DNA from: an uncultured Rhodothermales bacterium
GTDB lineage: Bacteria; Bacteroidota; Rhodothermia; Rhodothermales; JABDKH01
Reading direction: 5' to 3'
Length of the DNA: 64,000 nucleotides
NCBI GenBank assembly: GCA_965367755.1
Contig: CBDUKH010000002.1
Coordinates: 21,471-85,470 of the forward strand
Positions within the stretch are counted from its first letter, which is position 1; each line of letters begins with the position of its first letter. Position numbers and translations under genes: made by a program. The notes beneath the pieces are model-generated. The model had not been told where the DNA came from. It searched no databases and saw only the letters and a list, made by a program, of their open reading frames with translations. Of the stretch, positions 1-9,033 are shown one piece after another.

Positions 1-441
1 TTCGACCTTAGCAGCGTTGTATATGGAGGACGAACAGTCGAATGTTCAGACGAACATTTCGGCAAGATGAGTAACCTTCTTCTTCCCGACACGTCGATAA
101 ATATGGGTGACGGCTGGGAAACGCGACGACGACGTGGGCGCGGTAACGATTGGGTGATCGCGCAGCTCGGTTGCACTGGAATGATTGACCGGGTCGAGAT
201 TCATACGACGCACTTCAAGGGCAATTATCCTGCTTCCTGTTCGCTCGATGCAGCTTTTACAACGAAGCTGGATGAAAACACCCGGTGGGTCACCGTTTCT
301 GACGAAATACCGCTGGAAGCCGACGCGGTACAGGTTGTCAACGAGCTACAATCTCGTGGGCCGTTCTCACATGTACGACTCAATATCTTCCCTGACGGCG
401 GTGTAGCGCGGCTTCGGGTGTTCGGAACTCGGGGTGGATGA
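1..441 (+). CDS. alc: allantoicase, C-terminal part (5' end lies outside the window)
   Basis: Frame 1 is open from nt 1 (FDLSSVVYGGRTVECSDEHFGKM...) and runs into ORF 67..441. MGDGWETRRRR and HTTHFKGNYP are typical of the allantoicase repeat. The stop overlaps the next start (ATGA). Confidence 0.8.
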   Translation, partial: FDLSSVVYGGRTVECSDEHFGKMSNLLLPDTSINMGDGWETRRRRGRGNDWVIAQLGCTGMIDRVEIHTTHFKGNYPASCSLDAAFTTKLDENTRWVTVSDEIPLEADAVQVVNELQSRGPFSHVRLNIFPDGGVARLRVFGTRGG

Positions 442-953
442 TGAGCGGTTTGGCAGCACTCAATTCTATGGGCATGGGCCCTGCCATTGAAAATCTTCTG
501 CACTGCTGTGGAAGCTTGATCTGGGCGCACAAGATGAGCACGTCTCGGCCCTTTCCGTCCGAAGCAAGCCTGCACGAGAATGCCGACCTGTTCTGGTCGG
601 AAGCATCCTATGAAGACAAACTGGAAGCATTCGACGCACATCCGAGGATTGGGAATCAGGAAATTGGCAGCTCCACGCCACATGAGAAGTGGTCCGCCCA
701 GGAGCAGCAAGGTGTCGGAGATGCGTCCGATGAACGTCTCGCTGATTTCAGGGCAAAGAATCTGGAGTACGAACAAAAGTTTGGATTTACCTTTATCGTG
801 TGTGCTACCGGAAAGTCGGCCGACGAAATGTATGATCTCTTGACGCAGCGGCTTGAGCGCTCGTTGGATGAAGAGGCAGAGGAAGCGTCGGAACAACAGC
901 GCCAGATAATGCACCTTCGCCTGGATAAACTCTTGCAGGAACTCGATGCCTGA
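438..953 (+). CDS. uraD: 2-oxo-4-hydroxy-4-carboxy-5-ureidoimidazoline (OHCU) decarboxylase
   Basis: 171 aa. It has the EAFDAHPRIG motif and FGFTFIVCATGKSADEM, characteristic of the OHCU decarboxylase family. It sits in an operon with HIU hydrolase and allantoicase. Confidence 0.8.
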   Translation: MMSGLAALNSMGMGPAIENLLHCCGSLIWAHKMSTSRPFPSEASLHENADLFWSEASYEDKLEAFDAHPRIGNQEIGSSTPHEKWSAQEQQGVGDASDERLADFRAKNLEYEQKFGFTFIVCATGKSADEMYDLLTQRLERSLDEEAEEASEQQRQIMHLRLDKLLQELDA

Positions 954-2328
954 TTTATTGACGATAACAGAAATCGCGGACATGATGGCAGCACTATCGC
1001 CTGCTAATCAGAGGTTTGTGCAGCATAGACCCGGACAGCGATCGGACCGGCAGCCCGTTCATACGGTTTATGGCGGGGCACAAATATTCAGGGCTGGCAC
1101 GGCTGGGAAAATGGGTGAGGTCGCACTTCGAAGTTTGAATACGTACGCTCCGGACTACGCAACATTTGCCAGAGCTTTCCAGCTTCCCGGCTTTCGTGGA
1201 GATTCTGCCGGTGCAACTACCTCCGAATCAGAAATCGCCAACAAAATCTACCAGCGCGTTGTCACCAAACTTGAGCAAGAACCTGTAGAAGATTTTCGGA
1301 TTGATTTTGAAGATGGCTTTGGTGTCCGGCCGCAACAGGAAGAGTTGGATTATGCTGTAAGTTCAGCTCGAGAGGTGGTGATGGGGATGCGGGAGAACAC
1401 TCTTCCGCCTTTCATTGGCATCCGTATCAAGCCTCTTAATGATGAATACGGGAAACGCTCTTTAAAAACGCTGACTACTTTCATCAGTACGGTACTGGAA
1501 GAGGGAGATGGCACATTGCCAGACAATTTCGTTGTTACCCTGCCAAAGATTACGATCCCGGAGCAGGTGACCGTTGCGGCAGCAGCACTTTCTCGAATCG
1601 AACACAGTGCCGGCCTTCCTGACAAGTCGATCGGGCTGGAGCTGATGATTGAAACGCCGACATCTATTGTCGATCTGAAAGGAGCTGTGGCGGTCAATCA
1701 ACTCGTCAAAGCGGCGAGTGGTCGCTGTAGTGCCGTTCATTTCGGAGTTTACGACTACACCGCCCTGTTGGAAATCACAGCGGCGCATCAAGGGATGCGC
1801 CACCCGGTTTGCGACTTCGCCCGCATGTCAATGCAAGTTGCCTTGGCCGGCTCTGACATTTGGCTCTCGGATGGCGCGACCAACGTGATGCCAGCACCTC
1901 CACATAAGGGAGCCGACTTGACGGATCACCAGCTGGCTGAAAATATTGCTGTCGTTCACAGGGCGTGGCGGGTCGCCTTCGGCGATTCAAGGCATTCTCT
2001 GGTCAATGGTATTTATCAGGGATGGGATCTGCATCCGGCCCAGTTACCAGCACGATATGCGGCCGTCTATTACTTTTTCCTCGACGGGTATGAGCAGGCT
2101 GCGCTTCGCCTGAAGACGTTTGTCGAAAAAGCGGCACATGCGACTCTTGTGGGAGACGTGTTTGATGACGCCGCAACTGGCCAGGGCCTGCTCAACTATT
2201 TCCTCCGCGCGTTCAACTGTAGCGCCATCACAGAAGCTGATCTTGAAAAGACCGGACTCTCTATCGAAGAGATACAAACCAGGTCTTTCAGCGCAATCAT
2301 TGCTGGAAGGGTAGCAGACAATGGGTAG
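946..2328 (+). CDS. CitE/malate-synthase-like TIM-barrel protein of unknown specificity, embedded in the ureide operon
   Basis: 460 aa. FRIDFEDGFG (the D-x-E-D motif of HpcH/CitE/malate synthase folds), LMIETP, and GWDLHPAQL, which resembles the G-x-W-V-A-H-P of malate synthase. Both ends overlap the neighbouring genes by 8 nt. Confidence 0.5.
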   Translation: MPDLLTITEIADMMAALSPANQRFVQHRPGQRSDRQPVHTVYGGAQIFRAGTAGKMGEVALRSLNTYAPDYATFARAFQLPGFRGDSAGATTSESEIANKIYQRVVTKLEQEPVEDFRIDFEDGFGVRPQQEELDYAVSSAREVVMGMRENTLPPFIGIRIKPLNDEYGKRSLKTLTTFISTVLEEGDGTLPDNFVVTLPKITIPEQVTVAAAALSRIEHSAGLPDKSIGLELMIETPTSIVDLKGAVAVNQLVKAASGRCSAVHFGVYDYTALLEITAAHQGMRHPVCDFARMSMQVALAGSDIWLSDGATNVMPAPPHKGADLTDHQLAENIAVVHRAWRVAFGDSRHSLVNGIYQGWDLHPAQLPARYAAVYYFFLDGYEQAALRLKTFVEKAAHATLVGDVFDDAATGQGLLNYFLRAFNCSAITEADLEKTGLSIEEIQTRSFSAIIAGRVADNG

Positions 2329-2668
2329 TCCAATTACAACACATGTTCTCGACACGTCTGCAGGCAAGCCGGCTCAGGGCATTGTAGCAATACTGGAATT
2401 CCGCGAACCTGATGGCACGTTAAGAGCGGCAGGGCGTGGCACGACAGATGAGGATGGCAGAATTCAGGAGCTCATGGCGGCCGATTTCCAATGGAAGACA
2501 GGTTCGTACCGCTTGACGTTCGACGTCGGGGCTTATCAGGACAAAATGCTCGGTGCGTCTTTCTATTCAAGCGTCAGCGTTGACTTTAATGTTGTCAACC
2601 TGGATCAACATTACCACATCCCGCTGCTGCTCAGTCCATTTGGATATACGACCTATCGAGGGAGTTAG
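2321..2668 (+). CDS. uraH: 5-hydroxyisourate hydrolase (transthyretin-like)
   Basis: 115 aa. Begins ITTHVLDTSAGKPA, has HYHIPLLLSPFGYTTYRGS, and ends in the family-diagnostic YRGS tetrapeptide. Confidence 0.9.
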   Translation: MGSPITTHVLDTSAGKPAQGIVAILEFREPDGTLRAAGRGTTDEDGRIQELMAADFQWKTGSYRLTFDVGAYQDKMLGASFYSSVSVDFNVVNLDQHYHIPLLLSPFGYTTYRGS

Positions 2669-2973
2669 TCGAAAAGAAAGCCGAACAACTGAACTCCGTT
2701 AGAGCAACGGGTATCTATTAACATCGGTTAACAACTTGTTAACAACGTTAATTTCACCGTGCCGTCACTTGCATTTTGTTCGGGACTTTTTTTGCAGGGA
2801 TTGCTACGAAATATCGTAGTACCATTAAACCGGTCCTTGTTTGTTGAAAACCATTGGATTGCGGTCATGTAATGATGTCAAGCACGATCTGAATGGCATT
2901 CAATCTACACAAAAACGCCACTTCTAAGCAGCGCATTTGCAAGATTACAGCCATGTTAACACGTTGATACCTT

Positions 2974-2982
2974 GTGGATAAC
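2974..2982 (-). promoter_or_regulatory. perfect DnaA box (TTATCCACA on the minus strand) upstream of dnaA
   Basis: The plus strand reads tgtggataa at 2974..2982, about 210 nt upstream of the dnaA start. A degenerate copy (tgtgggaaa) follows about 30 nt downstream. Confidence 0.5.
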
Positions 2983-3193
2983 TGTTGAGAACTGGGGATT
3001 CCTTGTGGGAAAAACGACTACATGAAGTGCTTGCAATTGGGGCGGTTTCGGGGCTAGACTTGGGTACTCGTTCGTCCCGGCCAAGGGCGTTCCATCCGCA
3101 CATTCGTCACGGTAAATGCCGTCATGGTAATTACTTGGCTTTTAAAAATTGCATGGTTCTGCCCAATGGCACTCGAAACATATCTCAACTATA

Positions 3194-4663
3194 ATGCACA
3201 TGCTGCCCACTGCAGACAAAATTTGGGAAGATTGCCAATCAGTTCTATCCGATAAACTAGCTCCTCCGATTTACAAAGCATGGTTTGAACCTGTTAAGGC
3301 AGGTTCGCTAACCACCACCGACGATCAGACAGTTCTCACTCTTGAAGTCCCAAACAGGTTCTTCTATGAGTGGCTGGAAAAGAGATATAGTGATTTGCTC
3401 GGTCAGACCGTCGACGGTGTCGTCGGCTTAAAGACTACGATTTCGTTTGATATCGACGAAACGAGCAGCGTCGATGAAGAGAACATTGAACAGGCTCCTC
3501 CTCCAATCTCGAATCAGTTCAACGGCATCGGCCGGGCCGCTATGGCTCCTGCCGCCGGACACCAGAATTTCCGGGTTCCTGTTAGCGGTCATAGACCGGC
3601 GCACCTTCAGGCCGATGTTCGCCATAAACATGAGCTAAACGAATCTTACACGTTCGACACCTACATCGAAGGTGATTGCAACCGCCTCGCGCGAAGCGCG
3701 GCCCTGGCCATTGCTGAAAATCCTTCGTCGTCCTCGTTCAATCCGTTCTTGATTTACGGAGGTGTTGGACTAGGAAAAACACACCTTGCCCAGGCGATTG
3801 GAAATCACGCTCTGGCAAATGGCTGGAGAGGCAAGATTCTTTACGCGTCAAGCGAGAAGTTTACAACTCAGTTCGTTCAAGCGATCCAGCAAAATCGTAT
3901 TGGAGATTTTACGCAGTACTATCGCAATATCGACTTGCTCATCCTTGACGACATTCAGTTTTTTGACGGGAAAGAAAAAACTCAGGAAGAGTTCTTTCAC
4001 ATTTTCAACACCCTCCATCAATCCGGTAAGCAAATCGTTCTCTCGGCTGATCGCCCACCTCGCGATATTAGCGGAATCGAAGAACGATTGTTGTCTCGGT
4101 TTCAGTGGGGCCTGACGGTCGACGTTCAGCCTCCCGACCTGGAGACGCGCATCGCTATTCTCCAGGAAAAGGCAGAAGTCAACAATCTCGTTTTCGATAC
4201 TGACGTTGTCGACTACATTGCGCGAAGTGTGAAAACGAACGTTCGAACACTTGAAGGCGCACTCGTGAGACTGATTGCACATTCGAATCTGCACAACAGA
4301 CGAATTGATCTGGCGTTCACGAAAGAGATCCTGACGGACCTGGTAGATCATAAACCTGCTCCCCTTGATATCGAGGAAATAAAACGAATAGTAGCGAACT
4401 ACTACCGCCTCGACGTAGATCTTCTTTCTGCAAAGACACGCAGGCGCGAAGTTGTCCAGGCCAGACAAATTGCTATGTACTGCTGTAAACAGTTCACGCA
4501 GCAATCACTGAAGACAATAGGCCTGCGTTTTGGTGGGCGGGATCACTCGACTGTTATCCACGCCTGTCGCTGTGTGGAAGACAGGAAGTCTGTAGAACCT
4601 GGCTTCGGCGAGGAGATGGAGCACGTCTTATCAATGGTTTCTAAAGGAAAAGTTGCTGCCTAG
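3194..4663 (+). CDS. dnaA: chromosomal replication initiator protein DnaA
   Basis: Walker A GGVGLGKTHL, the DDIQFF box, RTLEGALVRL, and the C-terminal DNA-binding helix region (VQARQIAMYC...GGRDHSTVIHA). Start chosen at ATG 3194 (MHMLPTADKIWE); 3149 and 3200 are alternatives. Confidence 0.95.
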   Translation: MHMLPTADKIWEDCQSVLSDKLAPPIYKAWFEPVKAGSLTTTDDQTVLTLEVPNRFFYEWLEKRYSDLLGQTVDGVVGLKTTISFDIDETSSVDEENIEQAPPPISNQFNGIGRAAMAPAAGHQNFRVPVSGHRPAHLQADVRHKHELNESYTFDTYIEGDCNRLARSAALAIAENPSSSSFNPFLIYGGVGLGKTHLAQAIGNHALANGWRGKILYASSEKFTTQFVQAIQQNRIGDFTQYYRNIDLLILDDIQFFDGKEKTQEEFFHIFNTLHQSGKQIVLSADRPPRDISGIEERLLSRFQWGLTVDVQPPDLETRIAILQEKAEVNNLVFDTDVVDYIARSVKTNVRTLEGALVRLIAHSNLHNRRIDLAFTKEILTDLVDHKPAPLDIEEIKRIVANYYRLDVDLLSAKTRRREVVQARQIAMYCCKQFTQQSLKTIGLRFGGRDHSTVIHACRCVEDRKSVEPGFGEEMEHVLSMVSKGKVAA

Positions 4664-4715
4664 CAGTTACGATTCCTCCATCGTCGATATGACAGTGATA
4701 TTCCCGGCGCCGTAA

Positions 4716-5303
4716 ATGATCACGTATGTAGAAGGAAAACTCGTCGAGAAAAAGCCGACTGCCATTACCATCGATGTGCAGGGAATTGGCTACAGCTTGC
4801 TGATTACGACATCGACGTTTGAGGTTTTGCCAGCCGTAGGCACGAACATTAAATTGCATACGCACTTTCATGTTCGAGAAGAATCTCAGTCGCTCTTTGG
4901 ATTTGCTACGCTCGACGAGCGCGCGGTTTTTCGAATCTTGATCAGTGTGTCTGGAGTCGGACCCAAGTTGGCGCTGGCTGCTCTTTCAGCAATGAGCCCG
5001 AACGAACTTCGTTCTCATGTGGTCTCTCGCAACCTTTCGATCCTGACGAAAATTCCCGGAGTTGGAAAAAAGACTGCCGAGCGAATGGTAGTTGAACTCA
5101 AGGACAAACTGGAACCCGTAGAGTTGTCCAATACGTCCGGAACCATCCACGGTAGCGCTCCCTCGGTGAGATCCGATGCTATTGCAGCACTACAGGCTCT
5201 CGGACTCTCCCGGACGAACGCTGAAAAGAACGTCGACAAAGTCATGTCTCAGAATAGTGACGTAAGCGTCGAGCAAGTCATTCGAATGGCATTGCGAGAC
5301 TAA
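4716..5303 (+). CDS. ruvA: Holliday junction branch migration complex subunit RuvA
   Basis: MITYVEGKLVEK...IDVQGIGY N-terminus, HhH motifs (VSGVGPKLALA, IPGVGKKTAERM), 195 aa. Confidence 0.92.
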   Translation: MITYVEGKLVEKKPTAITIDVQGIGYSLLITTSTFEVLPAVGTNIKLHTHFHVREESQSLFGFATLDERAVFRILISVSGVGPKLALAALSAMSPNELRSHVVSRNLSILTKIPGVGKKTAERMVVELKDKLEPVELSNTSGTIHGSAPSVRSDAIAALQALGLSRTNAEKNVDKVMSQNSDVSVEQVIRMALRD

Positions 5304-5405
5304 ATCAGTAGCCTGGCAGACGGTACTTGTACGTTGCTTGCTTTACTCGTCTGTTATCCCGATGCTTTTTATGGTCAGGATAATTCGGAGTCTGATGGAG
5401 ATAAC

Positions 5406-7184
5406 ATGTCGTATCCAAACGAAGTAGATCGGAGCTTGAATCCGATTAAGTGCGTCCCTCTCATACTCTGCTGTTTCTGCCTCATTTTGACTCCTCGGGC
5501 GCACGGGCAGGAATACGCATTGACAATCGGGTCTTCAGGATTTGATAACGGAATTGCGGCTGCAACAGACAAAAGTGGGAATGCATATTTCGGAGGCACT
5601 TTTGCCGGGACCGTCGATCTCGATCCGGATTCCCTCGTGCATAACCTTACCGCTACCTCGGCAGACATTTACGTAGCCTCTTATTCAGCAGCTGGTTCGC
5701 TCAGGTTCGCGTTCAACATCGGAAACCAGTTCGCCGTAAGCGAAGAACTTGGTGACATGACTGTCGATGACACGGGTCGCATCCTGCTTACAGGTCGGCA
5801 GCCATTCGGAGAAATTGACTTTGATCCAGATTCTCTCAGCCAGGCCTTAAGAACCGGAATCCTTTATGTCGCAGCTTACGACACGTCGGGCCATTTTATT
5901 TTTGCCTCTAATGCATACGCGATAGATGGAGGTACAGGCACGGGAGAAGCTGTAGCGTCAGATTCTGACGGCAACGTGTACATAGCGGGATCCTTTGCAG
6001 GTTCTGTTGCTTTCGGAACCAACCCACCCGACTCATTATCATCGGAGGGAGGGACCGATGTTTTTGTCGCCGGCTATGACGATTCCGGAAACTTGTTGTA
6101 CGCATTTGCTCTCGGCGGTGCAGGTGAAAGCAGCGGGCTCGCTGTAGGTGTGGACTCTAACAACAATGTCTTTGTGGCGGGACGGTTTACAGATACAATG
6201 ACTTTCGACCCGTCCGATTCTAACGGCGATCTTGACCTCGAATCACGTACATCTTCAGGTGGAGCTGACATGTTTCTGGCAAGCTACGATCCGACCGGCG
6301 TTTTTCGGTTTGCCCACACATTCGGCGCACCGGGTTCGAGCACAGATGACACGATCTTTGATCTTGCGGTAGATGAATCTGACAATGTCTTCGTTACCGG
6401 ACAATTTAATGGAACAGTAGATTTCGATCCGTCAGTGGGCGTCGTCGATCAAACAGCGACAGGTAACGGAAGTGCATTCTTTGCATCGTACTCAGCGACC
6501 GGCGAACTTAACTGGGTGAGCGTACTTGCCGGCGGAAGCAGCGAAAGCCTCGCAATTCAGGTAGATCCTCTCGGAAAGCTGGTCGTCTCTGGCTCGTATT
6601 CCGGTACTATAGATCTTGACCCCGGGATCGGGGTCGTCTCGTTTGAATCCAGCGGAGGTACCGACCCCTTCATGGCGAGATACACGACAGACGGACAGTA
6701 CAGTCTCGCCTTCGTACTCGAAAGCTCCGGTCTTTCCAGAGCGAATGGCGTTGCACTTGGACCCGATGGTTCTATTGTTGTTACTGGTACGTTCTCTGGA
6801 AACCTCGATGTCGATCCAGATCCCACTGTCGACAACCGAACTGCCGTCGGGCAGTCCGATATTTTCATGGCACAGTATTCATCGTCGAGAATTGTCCCGA
6901 TTGTTCCGCAACCAACGCCTGGTCCCGGCGCACTTACCGTTGCCCAAGCCTATCCTAATCCGTTTACTGCAAGCATCACCATTCCAATACATTTGCCGAC
7001 CCCGGCTGTCGTTTCGGTTGAGCTATTCGACATTGTTGGGAGGTCAGTATTCAAGAGAGCGGGCAAGTATTTGAACGTCGGCGAGAATTCGGTACAGATA
7101 AGACCTTCAATTGCTTCAGGATACTACCTGGCAGTAGTGACAAGTGGTAGTTACACTGTAGCACAGGTAGTCGTCAAGTACTGA
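5406..7184 (+). CDS. secreted beta-propeller-repeat (SBBP-like) protein with a T9SS C-terminal sorting domain
   Basis: Signal peptide (LILCCFCLILTPRAHGQ). Many repeats of the type G..D.G..VA.D..GNVY.AG.F.GTVDFDP. C-terminus is AYPNPFTASITIPIHL...VELFDIVGR...GYYLAVV, typical of type-A T9SS tails. ATG 5406 is preferred over the upstream TTG 5334. Confidence 0.8.
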   Translation: MSYPNEVDRSLNPIKCVPLILCCFCLILTPRAHGQEYALTIGSSGFDNGIAAATDKSGNAYFGGTFAGTVDLDPDSLVHNLTATSADIYVASYSAAGSLRFAFNIGNQFAVSEELGDMTVDDTGRILLTGRQPFGEIDFDPDSLSQALRTGILYVAAYDTSGHFIFASNAYAIDGGTGTGEAVASDSDGNVYIAGSFAGSVAFGTNPPDSLSSEGGTDVFVAGYDDSGNLLYAFALGGAGESSGLAVGVDSNNNVFVAGRFTDTMTFDPSDSNGDLDLESRTSSGGADMFLASYDPTGVFRFAHTFGAPGSSTDDTIFDLAVDESDNVFVTGQFNGTVDFDPSVGVVDQTATGNGSAFFASYSATGELNWVSVLAGGSSESLAIQVDPLGKLVVSGSYSGTIDLDPGIGVVSFESSGGTDPFMARYTTDGQYSLAFVLESSGLSRANGVALGPDGSIVVTGTFSGNLDVDPDPTVDNRTAVGQSDIFMAQYSSSRIVPIVPQPTPGPGALTVAQAYPNPFTASITIPIHLPTPAVVSVELFDIVGRSVFKRAGKYLNVGENSVQIRPSIASGYYLAVVTSGSYTVAQVVVKY

Positions 7185-7236
7185 GCCGGGGAAATACAAC
7201 CCGACTAACTAGTTATCCCATAGGTGTAAACACGTC

Positions 7237-7899
7237 ATGGAGTTCGCGTTCACAGCAGCGATAGTTCTCGGTTTTATCACAGGGTTCAAACACGCGTTCG
7301 AACCGGATCACATCTCTGCCATCTCGACACTACTGCATCGCGAACCCAAACTGTCTAGCGCTTTGCGAATCGGCCTCGCGTGGGGTGCCGGACATACAAC
7401 CATGCTGATGATTGCCGTTCTAATCGTCGGTGTTCTCCGTCTCCAGATCTCGCCTCGCTATATGAGCTACCTCGAAGGCATTGTGGCTTTCATGCTCCTT
7501 GTCCTGGGTGTCTGGGCAATTTACGTTGCCATCTCTGCGATTCTTGCTGAACGGCGAAGCCCGGACAAAGTAACTCGTCATCATGACCATGAACAACGCA
7601 ACGGCCCTGTCCGAAATGGGTGGACAAGCTATGCAGTAGGCCTTATTCACGGACTCGCTGGTAGCGGCGCATTGCTCCTGCTCGTGGCCGCCAGTCTTAC
7701 CACGCTGGGTGAAAGGGTTTTCTACACTGCAGTTTTTGGAGCAGGATCAATTCTGGGCATGGGGATGGTGACAATCGCCATCGCGATTCCCTTTCTGGCA
7801 TCTCGCTCGCGACCTGTACTTTTCCATTCGCTGACGGGATTATCTGGTGCCCTCAGCATTGTTGTCGGTTATGGACTGTTTCAATCACTGCTGATGTAG
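7237..7899 (+). CDS. NiCoT/RcnA-like nickel/cobalt transporter family membrane protein
   Basis: GFKHAFEPDHISAIS matches the HA-x-x-x-DHI signature helix of the nickel/cobalt transporter superfamily. It has a His-rich loop (TRHHDHEQ) and several predicted TM helices. Confidence 0.6.
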   Translation: MEFAFTAAIVLGFITGFKHAFEPDHISAISTLLHREPKLSSALRIGLAWGAGHTTMLMIAVLIVGVLRLQISPRYMSYLEGIVAFMLLVLGVWAIYVAISAILAERRSPDKVTRHHDHEQRNGPVRNGWTSYAVGLIHGLAGSGALLLLVAASLTTLGERVFYTAVFGAGSILGMGMVTIAIAIPFLASRSRPVLFHSLTGLSGALSIVVGYGLFQSLLM

Positions 7900-7926
7900 A
7901 AGCTAGTCTCAACGCACATACAACGT

Positions 7927-8874
7927 TTAGTCGTCGTCAGTCACCAATCCGAGTTTCTTGCCGAGTGCGACGATTGCCTTCTTATCCGAATCCGACAAGT
8001 CTTTCGGCACCTCGACCTGAATCTCTACAAAAAGATCTCCTTTAGATTTCTTCGTCTCTATTCCCTGATCTCTTACGCGTAATTTTTCTCCCGGCTGAAT
8101 ACCGGCAGGAATCGAAAGCTTGATCTGCTTACCGTACGCGTTTTCAACATTCCGCTTCGTTCCAGCGATTGCTTCGAACATGTTTATCGTCTCGGTGACG
8201 TAAAGATTGTTGCCACGCCTGGTAAATCGCGGATGTCCTGCGACTTGAAACGTTACGAATAAATCTCCGCGACCGCCTGTTCCCTTTTCGCCTCGATCTC
8301 GGATCCGAATCTTGAAACCACTCGACACTCCCCTCGGGATATCGATACGGACACGTTCGTTCGAAGGTAATACGACTTCGGTTTTACCTCCTTCCAGGGC
8401 CTGCAGGAAGCTCAGATTGACGGTTGTCTCGAGGTCGCGACCTTTTGTCGGGCGGGTATATTGTTGCTGGGATCCGGTTGAACCAGGTGCCGCCCTGCCA
8501 CCAAAGATGCGCTCGAAGACGTCTCCGAAACCGTTGAACTCGTCTTGATGCCCGGTACCCCCGCGCTGTGATTCAAAGCGAACGTAGGTACCATCCGGGG
8601 CCCGATAAAATCGCCCTCCGGCAGCAGTATCGTGTCCGTCACCAAACCCAAACGGGTTCTTGCGCTGAAGGTCGTACTGCTTTCTCTTTTCGGCATTGCC
8701 AATAACATCGTTCGCTTCCTGGATTTCCTTGAAACGTTCCTCGGCCTTCTTGTCACCCTGATTCTTATCCGGGTGGTGCTTTCGAGCCAGTTTGCGATAG
8801 GCTTTCTTGATTTCATCCTGGGTCGCATCTTCTTTAACACCCAGGATCTTGTAGTAATCTTTGACTTCAGCCAT
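7927..8874 (-). CDS. cbpA: J-domain co-chaperone, CbpA-like (no zinc-finger domain)
   Basis: DYYKILGV...[17 protein letters not shown]-domain with the HPD motif, a G-rich linker and a DnaJ C-terminal beta domain. It lacks the CxxCxGxG repeats of DnaJ. Confidence 0.85.
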   Translation of the reverse strand: MAEVKDYYKILGVKEDATQDEIKKAYRKLARKHHPDKNQGDKKAEERFKEIQEANDVIGNAEKRKQYDLQRKNPFGFGDGHDTAAGGRFYRAPDGTYVRFESQRGGTGHQDEFNGFGDVFERIFGGRAAPGSTGSQQQYTRPTKGRDLETTVNLSFLQALEGGKTEVVLPSNERVRIDIPRGVSSGFKIRIRDRGEKGTGGRGDLFVTFQVAGHPRFTRRGNNLYVTETINMFEAIAGTKRNVENAYGKQIKLSIPAGIQPGEKLRVRDQGIETKKSKGDLFVEIQVEVPKDLSDSDKKAIVALGKKLGLVTDDD

Positions 8875-9033
8875 TGCCGAACGACATATTTAACTCCTAT
8901 TATCTCTGTGAACAGGACATTTTCACTGACACAAGGTAGCAACAACTGCCAAATCTTCCTGTTTCACGCTACTGTAGCTGCACTATGCACTCATAATACG
9001 ATCTGCAGAGATCGTGCCACAGCCTGAGTTTAT

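Noticed and set aside
225-983. Long antisense ORFs: 225..983(-) 252 aa, 3848..4504(-) 218 aa, 9172..9981(-) 269 aa, 20434..21219(-) 261 aa, 33767..34402(+) 211 aa, 50388..51014(+), 50815..51438(+), 47204..47746(-)
   Set aside because: Each lies entirely opposite a gene with strong family motifs (allantoicase/uraD, dnaA, accC, sigma/kinase, the wHTH-PD40 regulator, moeA, M14 peptidase). Their translations are R/S/P-rich and low in complexity with no recognisable motifs. This is the usual shadow-ORF artefact of moderately GC-rich DNA.
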